Of a stretch of DNA of 64,000 nt, positions 1-10,000 are shown in pieces. The notes below the pieces were generated by a model. That model searched no databases. It was not told where the DNA came from and worked only from the letters and a program-made list of their open reading frames with translations. Position 1 is the first letter of the stretch; each line of letters starts with the position of its first letter. The DNA is taken from assembly GCA_002788675.1 (NCBI GenBank), contig PFRS01000005.1, positions 131,731 through 195,730 of the forward strand, given 5' to 3'. This DNA comes from Candidatus Pacebacteria bacterium CG_4_9_14_0_2_um_filter_40_15. GTDB taxonomy: Bacteria; Patescibacteriota; Microgenomatia; UBA1400; PJMF01. The position numbers and the translations under genes are program-made.

Positions 1-15
1 TTTAGCAATTCAATT

Positions 16-1488
16 TTGTCCTCATCAGAACTTGGCGATTTATATCACTTCCCATTTACCAAAACTACTAAAACAGAGGATATGCAAAAACAGTTTAGTA
101 AGGAATTACCTGCACCACTGTCACTCAAAAAAGGGAACAAACTTGATGTAGTTTTTGCTCAAAATACCTATGCTAACTCCAAGACTTTGATTGGTTTATC
201 TGAAGATGAGCGCAGAAGACATATGTATATCTTGGGAGCAACTGGAACAGGAAAATCAACAATGCTTTTGAGCATGATTAGCTCAGATATTCAAAATGGC
301 AAAGGACTAGCGGTGGTCGATCCTCATGGAGATTTGATTGAGCAAATTCTTCATGTAATCCCAAAAGGTCGAATACAAGATGTGGTCTACTTTAACCCTG
401 ATGATATTGAATACCCAATGGGAATTAACCTGCTCGAACTCTCTGAGGGTTTACGTGAAGAGGATACTACCAGAGAAAAAGAATATATTGCTGAAAGCAT
501 TATTTCCTTATTCCACAAGATTTATACTGAAAAATATTCTGGGCCAAGAATGGAGTATATTCTCAGAAACACCATTCACACTGCTTTTACTGTTCCAGGC
601 GCAACGCTGTTTACGGTGTACAAGCTTCTGATTAACACCGAGTTTAGAAAATCGGTAGTTAAAAACCTGACTGATGAAAACTTAAAAGACTTTTGGAAGT
701 TTGAGTTTGCAAAGGCTGGTGATTATCAAAAAGTGAAAATGATATCGCCAATTACAAACAAGATTGGCCGTTTCTTATTTTCTCCTACTGCAAAACGAAT
801 CCTAGAGCAAGAAAAATCAACGATTAACTTTGAGCAGATTATGAATGAGGGCAAGATCTTGCTTTGTAATTTATCCAAGGGAAAACTTGGTGAAGATAAC
901 TCCAAAGTATTTGGGGTAGTTGTTATGGCTAAACTGCAATTAGCTTCTTTAAGACGTGCTCGAATGGCCGAAAAAGATAGAAAAGATTTTTATATGTATG
1001 TAGATGAATTCCAGAACTTTGCTACTCCTGCCTTTGCACAGATATTGTCTGAGGCTAGAAAGTACAGATTGGGAGCAATTCTAGCTCATCAGACAACTTC
1101 GCAGTTAGAAGATAAATCACTGGTTAATGTAACTTTGGCTAATACAGGCACAGTTATTTGTTTTAGAACAGCTAACCCAGAAGATGAATCTGCCATACTG
1201 CCTCAGTTTAGACCATATGTGGAGCAGGGGGATATTGCTGGGTTGCCGTCATACAGATTCTTTATGAGATTGGGTGCTCTCAATCCCGAAGAGCCTTTTT
1301 CTGGAATTACTATGCCTGTTGAGATAGGAGAGAATAAAAAAATGGTGTCTGCTGTGGTTGAGAGTTCTAGATCCAGGTATGCGATGAAATATGCACCTCC
1401 AAAAAGACTGGAGAGTTATCAATATCAACCAAAAGTTAAGAAGGTAATAAAACCAAAGCAAAGCGTAGGATATTCAGCTTTACCATAA
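16..1488 (+). CDS. Type IV coupling protein-like ATPase (VirD4/TraG/TcpA-like), N-terminus probably outside the window
   Basis: Walker A 'GATGTGKST' and Walker B-like 'YMYVDEFQNF'. The reading frame is open to position 1 and the ORF track starts at a TTG, so it is likely 5'-truncated by the window edge. Lies next to relaxase-like and ArdC-like genes. Confidence 0.5.
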   Translation: MSSSELGDLYHFPFTKTTKTEDMQKQFSKELPAPLSLKKGNKLDVVFAQNTYANSKTLIGLSEDERRRHMYILGATGTGKSTMLLSMISSDIQNGKGLAVVDPHGDLIEQILHVIPKGRIQDVVYFNPDDIEYPMGINLLELSEGLREEDTTREKEYIAESIISLFHKIYTEKYSGPRMEYILRNTIHTAFTVPGATLFTVYKLLINTEFRKSVVKNLTDENLKDFWKFEFAKAGDYQKVKMISPITNKIGRFLFSPTAKRILEQEKSTINFEQIMNEGKILLCNLSKGKLGEDNSKVFGVVVMAKLQLASLRRARMAEKDRKDFYMYVDEFQNFATPAFAQILSEARKYRLGAILAHQTTSQLEDKSLVNVTLANTGTVICFRTANPEDESAILPQFRPYVEQGDIAGLPSYRFFMRLGALNPEEPFSGITMPVEIGENKKMVSAVVESSRSRYAMKYAPPKRLESYQYQPKVKKVIKPKQSVGYSALP

Positions 1489-1500
1489 ACTAAATGGCTA

Positions 1501-2019
1501 CTATTCTAATCTCTGAATTTTTATACTTCCATTGCTTTCAGACTTCCAAGTAATCCATATCTCATAGAAATATTTTTCAAAAAAACCATCTGCTCGAAAA
1601 GAAATGTATTCTTCAACATAATTTTTTACCACATGATCTTGCAGTAATGGACTTTGAAGATTGCATAAAAGCAATATTTTTCCAGAAGAGCCACCATACT
1701 TTCCTTGATTAAGTTTTGATAACTTTATTCTAATAGAATTCTGCAAATTCTCTAATGTACAAAGTTTGATATTTGCTTTACTGCTAACTATTTTATTTTG
1801 GGCATCTGACCACAATTTTTCAGCTTGGCATGAATTGTCATAAACACCTAATAATTCGATTGACAAGTTGTTGCTACAAATACAATCAGGTTCCAATGTA
1901 TTGGCATTTCCGGGTCTAATTAATTGATAGTTACAACTATGTTGGAAATTATATTTAGATAGAAATTCTTGACATACTGCTAGTTCATGTTGTTGCTTGA
2001 GATTTGAAACATTATTCAT
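1501..2019 (-). CDS. hypothetical Cys-rich protein
   Basis: 172-aa ORF with no recognisable motif; divergent from the replication-relaxation gene. Confidence 0.35.
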   Translation of the reverse strand: MNNVSNLKQQHELAVCQEFLSKYNFQHSCNYQLIRPGNANTLEPDCICSNNLSIELLGVYDNSCQAEKLWSDAQNKIVSSKANIKLCTLENLQNSIRIKLSKLNQGKYGGSSGKILLLCNLQSPLLQDHVVKNYVEEYISFRADGFFEKYFYEIWITWKSESNGSIKIQRLE

Positions 2020-2090
2020 TTCTATTCGTCTTTCATTGTTTACAACTGAATTATACCTCTAAATTTATCCATAATTTTGGTTTAAAAACT

Positions 2091-2108
2091 GTCCTAGCCC
2101 GCTAGGAC
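2091..2108. promoter_or_regulatory. 7-8 bp perfect inverted repeat gtcctagc-cc-gctaggac flanked by A/T runs, in the divergent intergenic region upstream of the replication-relaxation gene. Candidate operator, oriT or bidirectional terminator.
   Basis: Read directly: 'aaactgtcctagcccgctaggacaaaaaa'. Confidence 0.3.
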
Positions 2109-2235
2109 AAAAAATCAACACTTCACCAGATACAGATACAAATATTCTTTACCTCTATACCCTTATATAATAAGGGGAGGGAATGATACAATACACTTAC
2201 ACAAAAAAAATAACCTGCCCATAGACTAAACAACT

Positions 2236-3006
2236 ATGGATACCATAACAAATAAACAACTAGAAATTCTCAATCTAATATATCGCTTCCGTTTCCTAAA
2301 TAGAACTCACTTGCAAACTCTCCTCAATCATAAAGACACCAACCGAATTAATATCTGGCTTAAAGACCTTGCTAATAAAAACATCCTTGGTAGAATCTAC
2401 TCAACTAAGTTAAAAGAAAATACTAAACCAGCAATATATCATCTAGCTACTAAGTCTAGAAAAATACTTCTAAACCAAGAAGACATAAACGAAAAAATTC
2501 TCAAACGAGCCTACCGAGACAAAAACGCCTCACAAAAACTTATAGACCACTGCCTTTTTACTACCCACTTTTATCTATTACTTAAAGAACAATCACAAGT
2601 AAACAACCAAGAACTTCATTTTTATACTAAAACTGATCTAGTCGATCACACATATCTACCCTACCATCGCCCAGATGCATACATCGCTCTTGAAGATAAG
2701 GAGAATTACATCAAGCGCTACTTTCTAGAAATCATTGATGAGGGTACACCCCGGTTTATGCTTAGAAAAAAAATCTCACAATATGTTGATTACTTTGATG
2801 AAAACATTTGGAAAAATAGAACCTTACATAACAACCCATCACTATTATTCATCTGCCCCAATCAATATATTAAAGATTTCCTCAACAAACATATTGCACA
2901 AGTATTGGAGGAGGAAACTTCAGACTTACAATTTTTCTTAAGTCTGAAGTCGGACATTCAAGCAGAGGGCATTACGCCCTCTACTTGGCAACTGGTTGCA
3001 GAATAG
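2236..3006 (+). CDS. Replication-relaxation family protein (plasmid/ICE relaxase-like)
   Basis: N-terminus 'TNKQLEILNLIYRFRFLNRTHLQTLL' matches the characteristic start of replication-relaxation (PF13814-like) proteins. Confidence 0.5.
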   Translation: MDTITNKQLEILNLIYRFRFLNRTHLQTLLNHKDTNRINIWLKDLANKNILGRIYSTKLKENTKPAIYHLATKSRKILLNQEDINEKILKRAYRDKNASQKLIDHCLFTTHFYLLLKEQSQVNNQELHFYTKTDLVDHTYLPYHRPDAYIALEDKENYIKRYFLEIIDEGTPRFMLRKKISQYVDYFDENIWKNRTLHNNPSLLFICPNQYIKDFLNKHIAQVLEEETSDLQFFLSLKSDIQAEGITPSTWQLVAE

Positions 3007-3163
3007 AACTATTTTTCTTGCTCCGATAACACCTCATAACCTTTTTGCATCATTCTATTTACTAACACACTCACAATCCCTTGCATATCACTTCTGGTGT
3101 AGTCATCTTGACTATCAATTAGTTCTAAAATTTCACTCTCAAATTCGTTTGTAATCCTTGGAT

Positions 3164-3946
3164 CTAGCATGTTAATTCCTCCTCTAGTAATACTTTTAGT
3201 ACTTTTTCTACCGTTCCTATTGCCTTAGTAACGGCAAGCAAGGGATCTTCTGCATATTGGCTGATATAGTTCCAAGCGTTACCGGTTGTATCTGCAAAGC
3301 CGTATAAATCCATAAGTACCACACTAGTAAACTCTGCTATCGTTTCTTGACCTGCATGCTGTCCACCCTTGAGTTCTCCATCGATTCGCGCATGGATAGC
3401 GTGTGCTAATTCATGAAAAAATATTCTCTCATCATGCGTGCCTAATCTGATTTTACTGCCATCAGCCAAACAGTCCCCCAGCTTATTATCTGCAACCGGT
3501 GCATATTCAACCGCTACTCCTAACTTTTGGGCTATTTCGTACAGTGGTGGGTACTTTATTGGATCATAGACAGTAAGACCGCTCTGACCCTCTGTACTTG
3601 AAGCTGCAAATACTGGAACAGTAGAAAAACCGATACAAGTATATTTTTCTTCTAGTTCTTCGCTATCTTGTTTTCGCATTCTCACCATCACGGGACGCAA
3701 GATATATACTGCTTTTTCGCCTTTCTTGACCATTCTACCTGCCTGTTCCCATTGTCTGTATCCTCTGCAATCTAGTTCACCAGATTGAGCGTAAGCAAGT
3801 ACTTTGTTTGAAAGACTCCACCTCATTGCTGGTGCAGTATCATCCAAGTGAATCCGTGCCACATTTGTAATTGGTGACAAGTCACCAGTTTTGAACTGCT
3901 GCAATACTTTTTTCATACTTTCTTCTGCTCTATGAGAAAACTTCAC
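3164..3946 (-). CDS. ArdC-like antirestriction protein (N-terminal ssDNA-binding DUF1738-like domain + zincin HEXXH metalloprotease domain)
   Basis: 'GYRQWEQAGRMVKKGEKAVYI' resembles the ArdC N-domain. 'FFHELAHAIHA' supplies the HEXXH zinc motif. Typical cargo of conjugative elements. The gene looks GC-richer than its flanks (visual impression only). Confidence 0.45.
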   Translation of the reverse strand: MKFSHRAEESMKKVLQQFKTGDLSPITNVARIHLDDTAPAMRWSLSNKVLAYAQSGELDCRGYRQWEQAGRMVKKGEKAVYILRPVMVRMRKQDSEELEEKYTCIGFSTVPVFAASSTEGQSGLTVYDPIKYPPLYEIAQKLGVAVEYAPVADNKLGDCLADGSKIRLGTHDERIFFHELAHAIHARIDGELKGGQHAGQETIAEFTSVVLMDLYGFADTTGNAWNYISQYAEDPLLAVTKAIGTVEKVLKVLLEEELTC

Positions 3947-4040
3947 TTTTCCTTTCCCCTGACTTCCCTTAATTTATAATTTTTTTGTATGGAAGTAGGT
4001 GTGCCTACTTCCATTACTAGGAACAAAAAAAGCGGGGTGA

Positions 4041-4106
4041 GTTTGTCAAGGGTTGCGAGTATGCGAGCAATTTACGAAGCCCTTGTCAAACGAGGGGCAA
4101 GGCCCC
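4041..4106. terminator. Two hairpins downstream of the minus-strand ABC operon: gtttgtcaaggg...cccttgtcaaac, then ggggc-aag-gcccc
   Basis: Inverted repeats read directly. Positioned 3' of the FtsX permease gene, which ends at 4232 on the minus strand. Confidence 0.3.
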
Positions 4107-4231
4107 TTAAATCAAGTGTTGGAAAAATAATAACGCTGGAAGTTTAGGCAAAGTGTACAAATAAGAAGATAATAAACTTCGAATTACTCTGAGAAACTCT
4201 CAAAGTAATTAAGTATTAAAAAAAATAGAAC

Positions 4232-6253
4232 CTACTCATACCGCAGTGCATTAAGGGCAGAAATTTTAGTGGCACGCTTGGCAGGATAAATGCCAGTAAG
4301 TATTCCAACCAATAATGAAAGAATAATAATTACCACAGTAAAAGAAGCTGGTATGTAAGAAATATCAACATATCCAACACCTTGAAAAACGGCAAATAGA
4401 GATAAGACCAGCCCAGCTAACTTACCAGCTAAAAACCCGGTTATAATACCTAGTAATCCACCCAAGATACCCATAATCATTGACTCTGTTAAGAATAATT
4501 CCTGGACTTCTGAAGATCTCATACCCATAGCTTTCATCAAACCAACTTCACGCGTTCTTTCTAATAAAGAAACTGTGAGAGTATTAAACATACCAAGTGC
4601 GGCTACTCCCAGGGCAATCATCCCCAGTACTGCCAAAATTACTCTAGTGGTTGAAAATAATGAATTAATTTGTTCCACTGTATCTGCTACAGATCTTGTA
4701 ACATAGCCCATTGCCTCGATTTGATGGCGAGTAGCTGACAAATCATCTTTATCCTTAACCACAACTTTTACCTGAGAATAATTTGTTATTCCAAGCGTGC
4801 GCAAATCCATAAATGGAACATAGAAGATAGGTGTTTTTTCCTCTGGTGTTACTCCTACAATTGTATATTCGGCAGGTGAAGATTCAATTTTTTCTGAAGA
4901 ATCTGAAAGTAACTCGCCAACAACTACAAATGAAGCGGTAAATTTCTTGCCAACTGCTTCATTTTCAGTAATTCCTAGTACCTGCAACATCGCTCTGTTT
5001 ACTACTGCTTCACGCTTAGCAGATCTTGCTAATTTAACTGTTTTGGTTTTTTCTGTTGTAACTTCTCCAGATTCCGAGGCAATCTCAACCCACTCCAATG
5101 AAGTTCCATTTGAGTCAGTTGTACCTGATATTTCTGTTGTGTCTCCCAAAACTGTACTAGAATTAATAGCTCCGTCCTCTGCAATAGTCATGCCAATTTC
5201 TGCAATGTAGCCTTCTAGCGAAAGTTGTTGTCCATCTTCACCACGCATTACCATATGAGTACCATCTTCACAGTCACCCTGCGATTCCGGGTCACATGAC
5301 TCTAGTTTCCACAATAATACAGAAGTTTTTACCCATTTTCCTAAAATAACATCATCTTTGGTTTTTCCAGAAGTACCTGCATCTGTATCACTTACATACT
5401 TCTCACCCCAAACTTCAGATCCAGAAATAGAATCAGCAACCTTCTTGGTATATCCTAAAATTTCTGAATCAGTTGTTGCATCTGCACGAACTTTAAGCCA
5501 AGTTCCTGAATCAATGGCAAAGGTAACATCTCTAATTTCTTCACCCCTTACATCAAAAATATTGTCTGCTTTCTCACCCATAATTTCAGTCACAATACTG
5601 CCAGCATCAGTGACTATTTCATTACTATCAAAAATCTTTCCTGTAGATGGTTGAATTGCAGACTGACGCAAATAATCAGAGGTAACTCCATAAACCGCCA
5701 TATCAGAAACAGAACTTTGATAGTTAACTCTACCTACCACTGCTATTAATGGTAAAGACATCTCAATTGCACTAATTTCTGAAAAATCATTCAAGGTTTT
5801 ATCTGTAATCTTGGCTTTACCTCCAGCTTGTGAAGAAACATCAGTTTGACGCATTTCTTCAAGTCTCGCCACACGGGTAACTACCAATTCTTGTAATCCA
5901 TATCCAATGGAAACCAAGAAGACAATTGAACCAATTCCAATCATCATGCCACCAATGGTAACAGTGGTTCTAGTGCTTTTTGATTGCATATTACGTATGG
6001 CAAGCTCGATTAAGTTAATTCTGGAGATTGTTTTATTGCGTTTATAGTCAAAAACCTTCACCGCTTTAGAATACACTTTGTGTAAAGGTGTGCTTAATTT
6101 TGGAGATATAAAACGAGAAATAATTGGCAATCTCAATATCCATGAAATAACTCTCGCAACTAAATAGAGCAAGAGTAGAAGAATAAATGTGGTTGTTTGG
6201 AACAAAGCTCCAGGAAAATTGCTGAATAGATTTTGTTTTAATATTCTAAACAT
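4232..6253 (-). CDS. ABC transporter permease, FtsX/MacB family, with a very large extracytoplasmic domain
   Basis: C-terminal FtsX signature 'LLERTREVGLMKAMGMRSSEVQELFLTESMIMGILGG' and N-terminal 'INLIELAIRNMQSKSTRTTVTIGGMMIGIGS'. The likely start is the ATG at 6253-6251, which overlaps the ATPase stop in an ATGTTTAG junction; the ORF track extends to 6304. Confidence 0.7.
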   Translation of the reverse strand: MFRILKQNLFSNFPGALFQTTTFILLLLLYLVARVISWILRLPIISRFISPKLSTPLHKVYSKAVKVFDYKRNKTISRINLIELAIRNMQSKSTRTTVTIGGMMIGIGSIVFLVSIGYGLQELVVTRVARLEEMRQTDVSSQAGGKAKITDKTLNDFSEISAIEMSLPLIAVVGRVNYQSSVSDMAVYGVTSDYLRQSAIQPSTGKIFDSNEIVTDAGSIVTEIMGEKADNIFDVRGEEIRDVTFAIDSGTWLKVRADATTDSEILGYTKKVADSISGSEVWGEKYVSDTDAGTSGKTKDDVILGKWVKTSVLLWKLESCDPESQGDCEDGTHMVMRGEDGQQLSLEGYIAEIGMTIAEDGAINSSTVLGDTTEISGTTDSNGTSLEWVEIASESGEVTTEKTKTVKLARSAKREAVVNRAMLQVLGITENEAVGKKFTASFVVVGELLSDSSEKIESSPAEYTIVGVTPEEKTPIFYVPFMDLRTLGITNYSQVKVVVKDKDDLSATRHQIEAMGYVTRSVADTVEQINSLFSTTRVILAVLGMIALGVAALGMFNTLTVSLLERTREVGLMKAMGMRSSEVQELFLTESMIMGILGGLLGIITGFLAGKLAGLVLSLFAVFQGVGYVDISYIPASFTVVIIILSLLVGILTGIYPAKRATKISALNALRYE

Positions 6254-7034
6254 GTTGTGTATTCCCAGATTTATCTTCAGATGTTTTAAGATCACCATTA
6301 CCACGTTTGCTTTTTAACTCAGTAAGTAAGGCTTGTTTATCTGATTCATCATATTCACCCACAACTTCACCATTAAACATCTTAATAGCTGTCTTAGCGT
6401 ATTTAATGTACTCAAGATCGTGGGTAACCATGACTATAGTTTTAGCGGTTTTTTTGTTTAGTGAGGATAAAAGTTGCATGAGTTCTTGACCAGATTCATA
6501 ATCAAGATTTCCAGTTGGCTCGTCGGCAATAATTACTTCTGGGTTTGAAACCAGTGCTCTGGCTAGTGAAACTCTTTGTTGTTGTCCACTAGAAAGTTCT
6601 GTAGGAATATAGTTAGACCATTCACTCATTTCTACCATATCCACAACTTCACGAGCTTTTTTAAGTGATTCAAGCTTACTAGCACCCAAAAGCAATAAAG
6701 GGAAAGCAACATTTTCAACAACAGTTAATGATTTAATCCAGTTTGGTTGCTGATACACCATACCAATGTGTTCTTTTCTAAAATCAGATCTATCATCTTC
6801 ATTATTTGAAGTATATAAATTTTTACCAGAAAAAAGAACGCTACCTTTATTTGGTGCCTCAAGGCCTAAAATCGTATGAAGTAGCGTTGATTTACCACAT
6901 CCAGATGGGCCAAAGATAACTAAAAAATCGCCACTGTTAATTTCTAGATTGATATCTTTTAAAACAGGCACATTTGCGCTAGCCACTACAAATGATTTAA
7001 AAAGATTTTGAACTTTAAATAATGCCTGATTCAT
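6246..7034 (-). CDS. ABC transporter ATP-binding protein (MacB/LolD-like)
   Basis: Walker A 'GPSGCGKSTLL', ABC signature 'LSGGQQQRVSLARAL', Walker B 'IIADEPTGNLD'. Confidence 0.8.
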   Translation of the reverse strand: MNQALFKVQNLFKSFVVASANVPVLKDINLEINSGDFLVIFGPSGCGKSTLLHTILGLEAPNKGSVLFSGKNLYTSNNEDDRSDFRKEHIGMVYQQPNWIKSLTVVENVAFPLLLLGASKLESLKKAREVVDMVEMSEWSNYIPTELSSGQQQRVSLARALVSNPEVIIADEPTGNLDYESGQELMQLLSSLNKKTAKTIVMVTHDLEYIKYAKTAIKMFNGEVVGEYDESDKQALLTELKSKRGNGDLKTSEDKSGNTQHV

Positions 7035-7035
7035 C

Positions 7036-10000
7036 TTAGTTTTTTCCTAGTCTACTAAGGAAGCCAAAGGCTTCTTGTAAGTTGCTAATTACTAGGTTAA
7101 GGGCGTTTTCGGTGGTTTTTGGTGTAATGGTTACGGTGTCTATGGATTTAGCAATGTTCCCCGCGGTATCTTTAGACAACGCTCTTAAGTGATAGACCTT
7201 GCTTGGAGTAAGTCCTGAAATAATTACTAAATGATTGTAGGTAAGATTACTGTCTTCTTGAGTTTTTTGAGCATAAGTAACCCCCGTACCTTCACCAAAC
7301 TCGACTTGAGATGTTGCTGGTTCATCGGTGTTCCAAGAAACGATTAATTGAGCAGTGGATTCCTGTGCGGTACTCGCAGTTTGGGGAATAACTGAACCCT
7401 CCACAAAGAGTTTGCTAATTTGAGCAGGTCTGGTGTCGGTAGCAGTTGTAAGTCTTTGAGAGTCAGAAACTGCTTGGTTGCCAATTTTATCTCTGCCTTT
7501 GACCACCAAATTGTAGTTAGTTTGCGGAGCCAATCCTCGAATTATCATTTGATGCTCTCCTGAAATGAGATCAATATTAACCTCATCTTTAACTGCAGAC
7601 GGGTTGTTTTCTGGATAATAAGAAATAATAGAAGAAACTGCTGTGTTGGTGTTCCAAGTTATGAGCAGAGTTGATTGGGCAGTGTTAGACACTTGTTGGA
7701 TACGAACACCACTGATTTTAGGACGTGGTAGAGTTTCAAAATCTAGTACAGTTCCTTCATACTCTTCATCTTCACTATCAAAAGTATTTATTTTGTAGTA
7801 ATATTTCGTCCCATCTGCCAGACCTGTAAGCTCGGCAGTATAGGTAGTTTCGCTTGTTGAGGTAGACATCTCTTTAACTCCACCAAAATCAGAACTAGTT
7901 CCATAATAAACCTTAACTTTAGAGGCATCTTTGGAAGTAAACTCTATAATAGCGGTATCCAAACCTATATTTTTTGCGACAACATCTTTAACTGTTGGAG
8001 CAGGAGAGGTAGTAAACTCGTTTTCTTCACTGCTTCCAGTATTACCATCTTCATCTGTCCATTTGGCTTTGTAGTAATATTTTGTTCCTGGTTTCAGGCC
8101 AGTAAGATCAATTGAATGATTAGTGACTTGGTCGGAGTTACTTGGTTCAACATCATTGTACTTACCCCTACTAGTACCAAACTGAATTTTACTATCAGAA
8201 GTTCTAGAAGTTGACCAGCTTATTGTAGCTTTTTTGGTAGTAATATCACTTACCTCAGGCTCTGATTCTAAGCTTGGAGCAGATGTCCACTTGCCTGTTG
8301 GGGTAATAGTAACTGCATTTGTGCCACTGCTAGTGGCATTAGCGCCGTCTTTGGTATAAATCTTGTAATAATATTGTGCAGATGATGGAGTGGTATCTAC
8401 GTATGATATGCCACTAGTAGTTCCTACCTGCGAAAAAGTAGTGCCATCACTAGAGCGGTGTACTAAATAGGTTAGGTTTCCTGCTCCCTGATAGCTTGGG
8501 GCTGTCCAAGTAAGAGTTACATTCCACTGTTCTTGAGATTTAATAGAAGAGTCGGACGAAACTAGATTAGCAACATTATCTGGATCAGTAGAGTTAAGAG
8601 TAAACGTGCCGGTTATATAGTTAGATGGTGAATAATTAGGAGTACTCGCATCATCAATGGCCACTACATAAACTGTGTTAGTGCCTTTGTTTACATTTGG
8701 CAAAGCCCCAGCTGAAACTGTTGTACTGGTACCGTTATCAATATAGGTAGTGCTGTTACCTTGCAGAGTCGATAGGGTTGATGGTGGAGAAGTATTGACC
8801 ATGTAGTAATAATGTGTCACGGCTTGACCAGCACTTGGTGTTGCTTCTGGCCACGAGAGTGCAAAGCTGTTGGAGGTAGATGTTGATGGGGTGACTGTTA
8901 CATTCTCAAGCTCATCAAAAGCAGGAGCAGCCCCTCCATAAGACAAGTTACAGGTTCTATAAGTAGAAGCCGATGAAATATTACCAGAAGCATCAACTGA
9001 TCTGAAGTAGACAATATTATTTCCAGAAATAATTGAAGAACCATCTTGTTCCTGTGTGAGTGTCCGTGAGGTTTCACTAGTTGGCAGATAGTTATTTACA
9101 CCCAAGACCGATTCTGTGGTAGTTCCAAGCCAAGTTCCTGCAGTAGAGTTAATCTGATACTGCCAACCCAAAACGCCAGAATTATCATCTACTGTAGCGG
9201 CACTTCCAGATGTTGGCCAAGAAAAATTCATATCTGCCACATTAGAAAATGATCCAGAAGCACAAGAAATATATGATGTATTGGTTGGTGTAATGTTATC
9301 GAATCTAAATTGGAACTGCTCACTGGCACCTCCAAAAACTTGGCCTGCATTATCTATGGCTTTAATGTTTAAATAATAGGGATCACTAGAAGTAGTCAAC
9401 CATGGACTACCCTTGTAACTTGAGGTAGCAAAATCAATACTGGTGCTAGAGACTATAAACTGACAAGTAGTACCAGCGGTAGATAACGGGCTAGTTCCCA
9501 ACAATCCCTTACTTGTGGCAGGATTACCTGCACTATCAGTTCCTAAATACAAACAGTATCCTTTCAAACCACTCCCCCCAGCGGTATCAGCGCCAGCAGT
9601 CCAGGAAAAGTATGGTGACTCGTTCTTTGTCCAATCATTGGAGGACATACTTGTGCCGCCATTCGATCTAGTCATGGCAAGTGCTGAGGCGTTGGTATCT
9701 GGGGCAGTTGTATCGGTGGTTAAACCAATCGAGACATGAGGTAAATATGGCACATCAGCCCCACCTGAGGTGAATATTGCTTTGACAGAAATTTTGGTAG
9801 AAGTGATTGATAAAGCTTGCATTGCAGTTTGCGTTAACTGAGCAGGAGTATTCACATGGGTAGTAGTATTGCTAGCTGTTTGCCAATTTGCGCCGTCATA
9901 GTACTTCCAACTACCACCACTTTCACAAGTAGAACCATCATCGGTACAAAGTTGGTAGGAGATACTACTATTCGTGCCAGTTGTAGCATCCTGAGTACAA

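Noticed and set aside
380-631. Small internal or antisense ORFs in the six-frame track (e.g. 380-631, 1249-1461, 4947-5210, 5358-5654, 9515-9739, 10584-10784, 19187-19408, 22243-22731, 24610-24996, 37205-37450, 53246-53658)
   Set aside because: Each lies wholly inside a longer ORF that carries recognisable catalytic or structural motifs. They have low-complexity or odd composition and no motif of their own. Treated as frame shadows, not genes.
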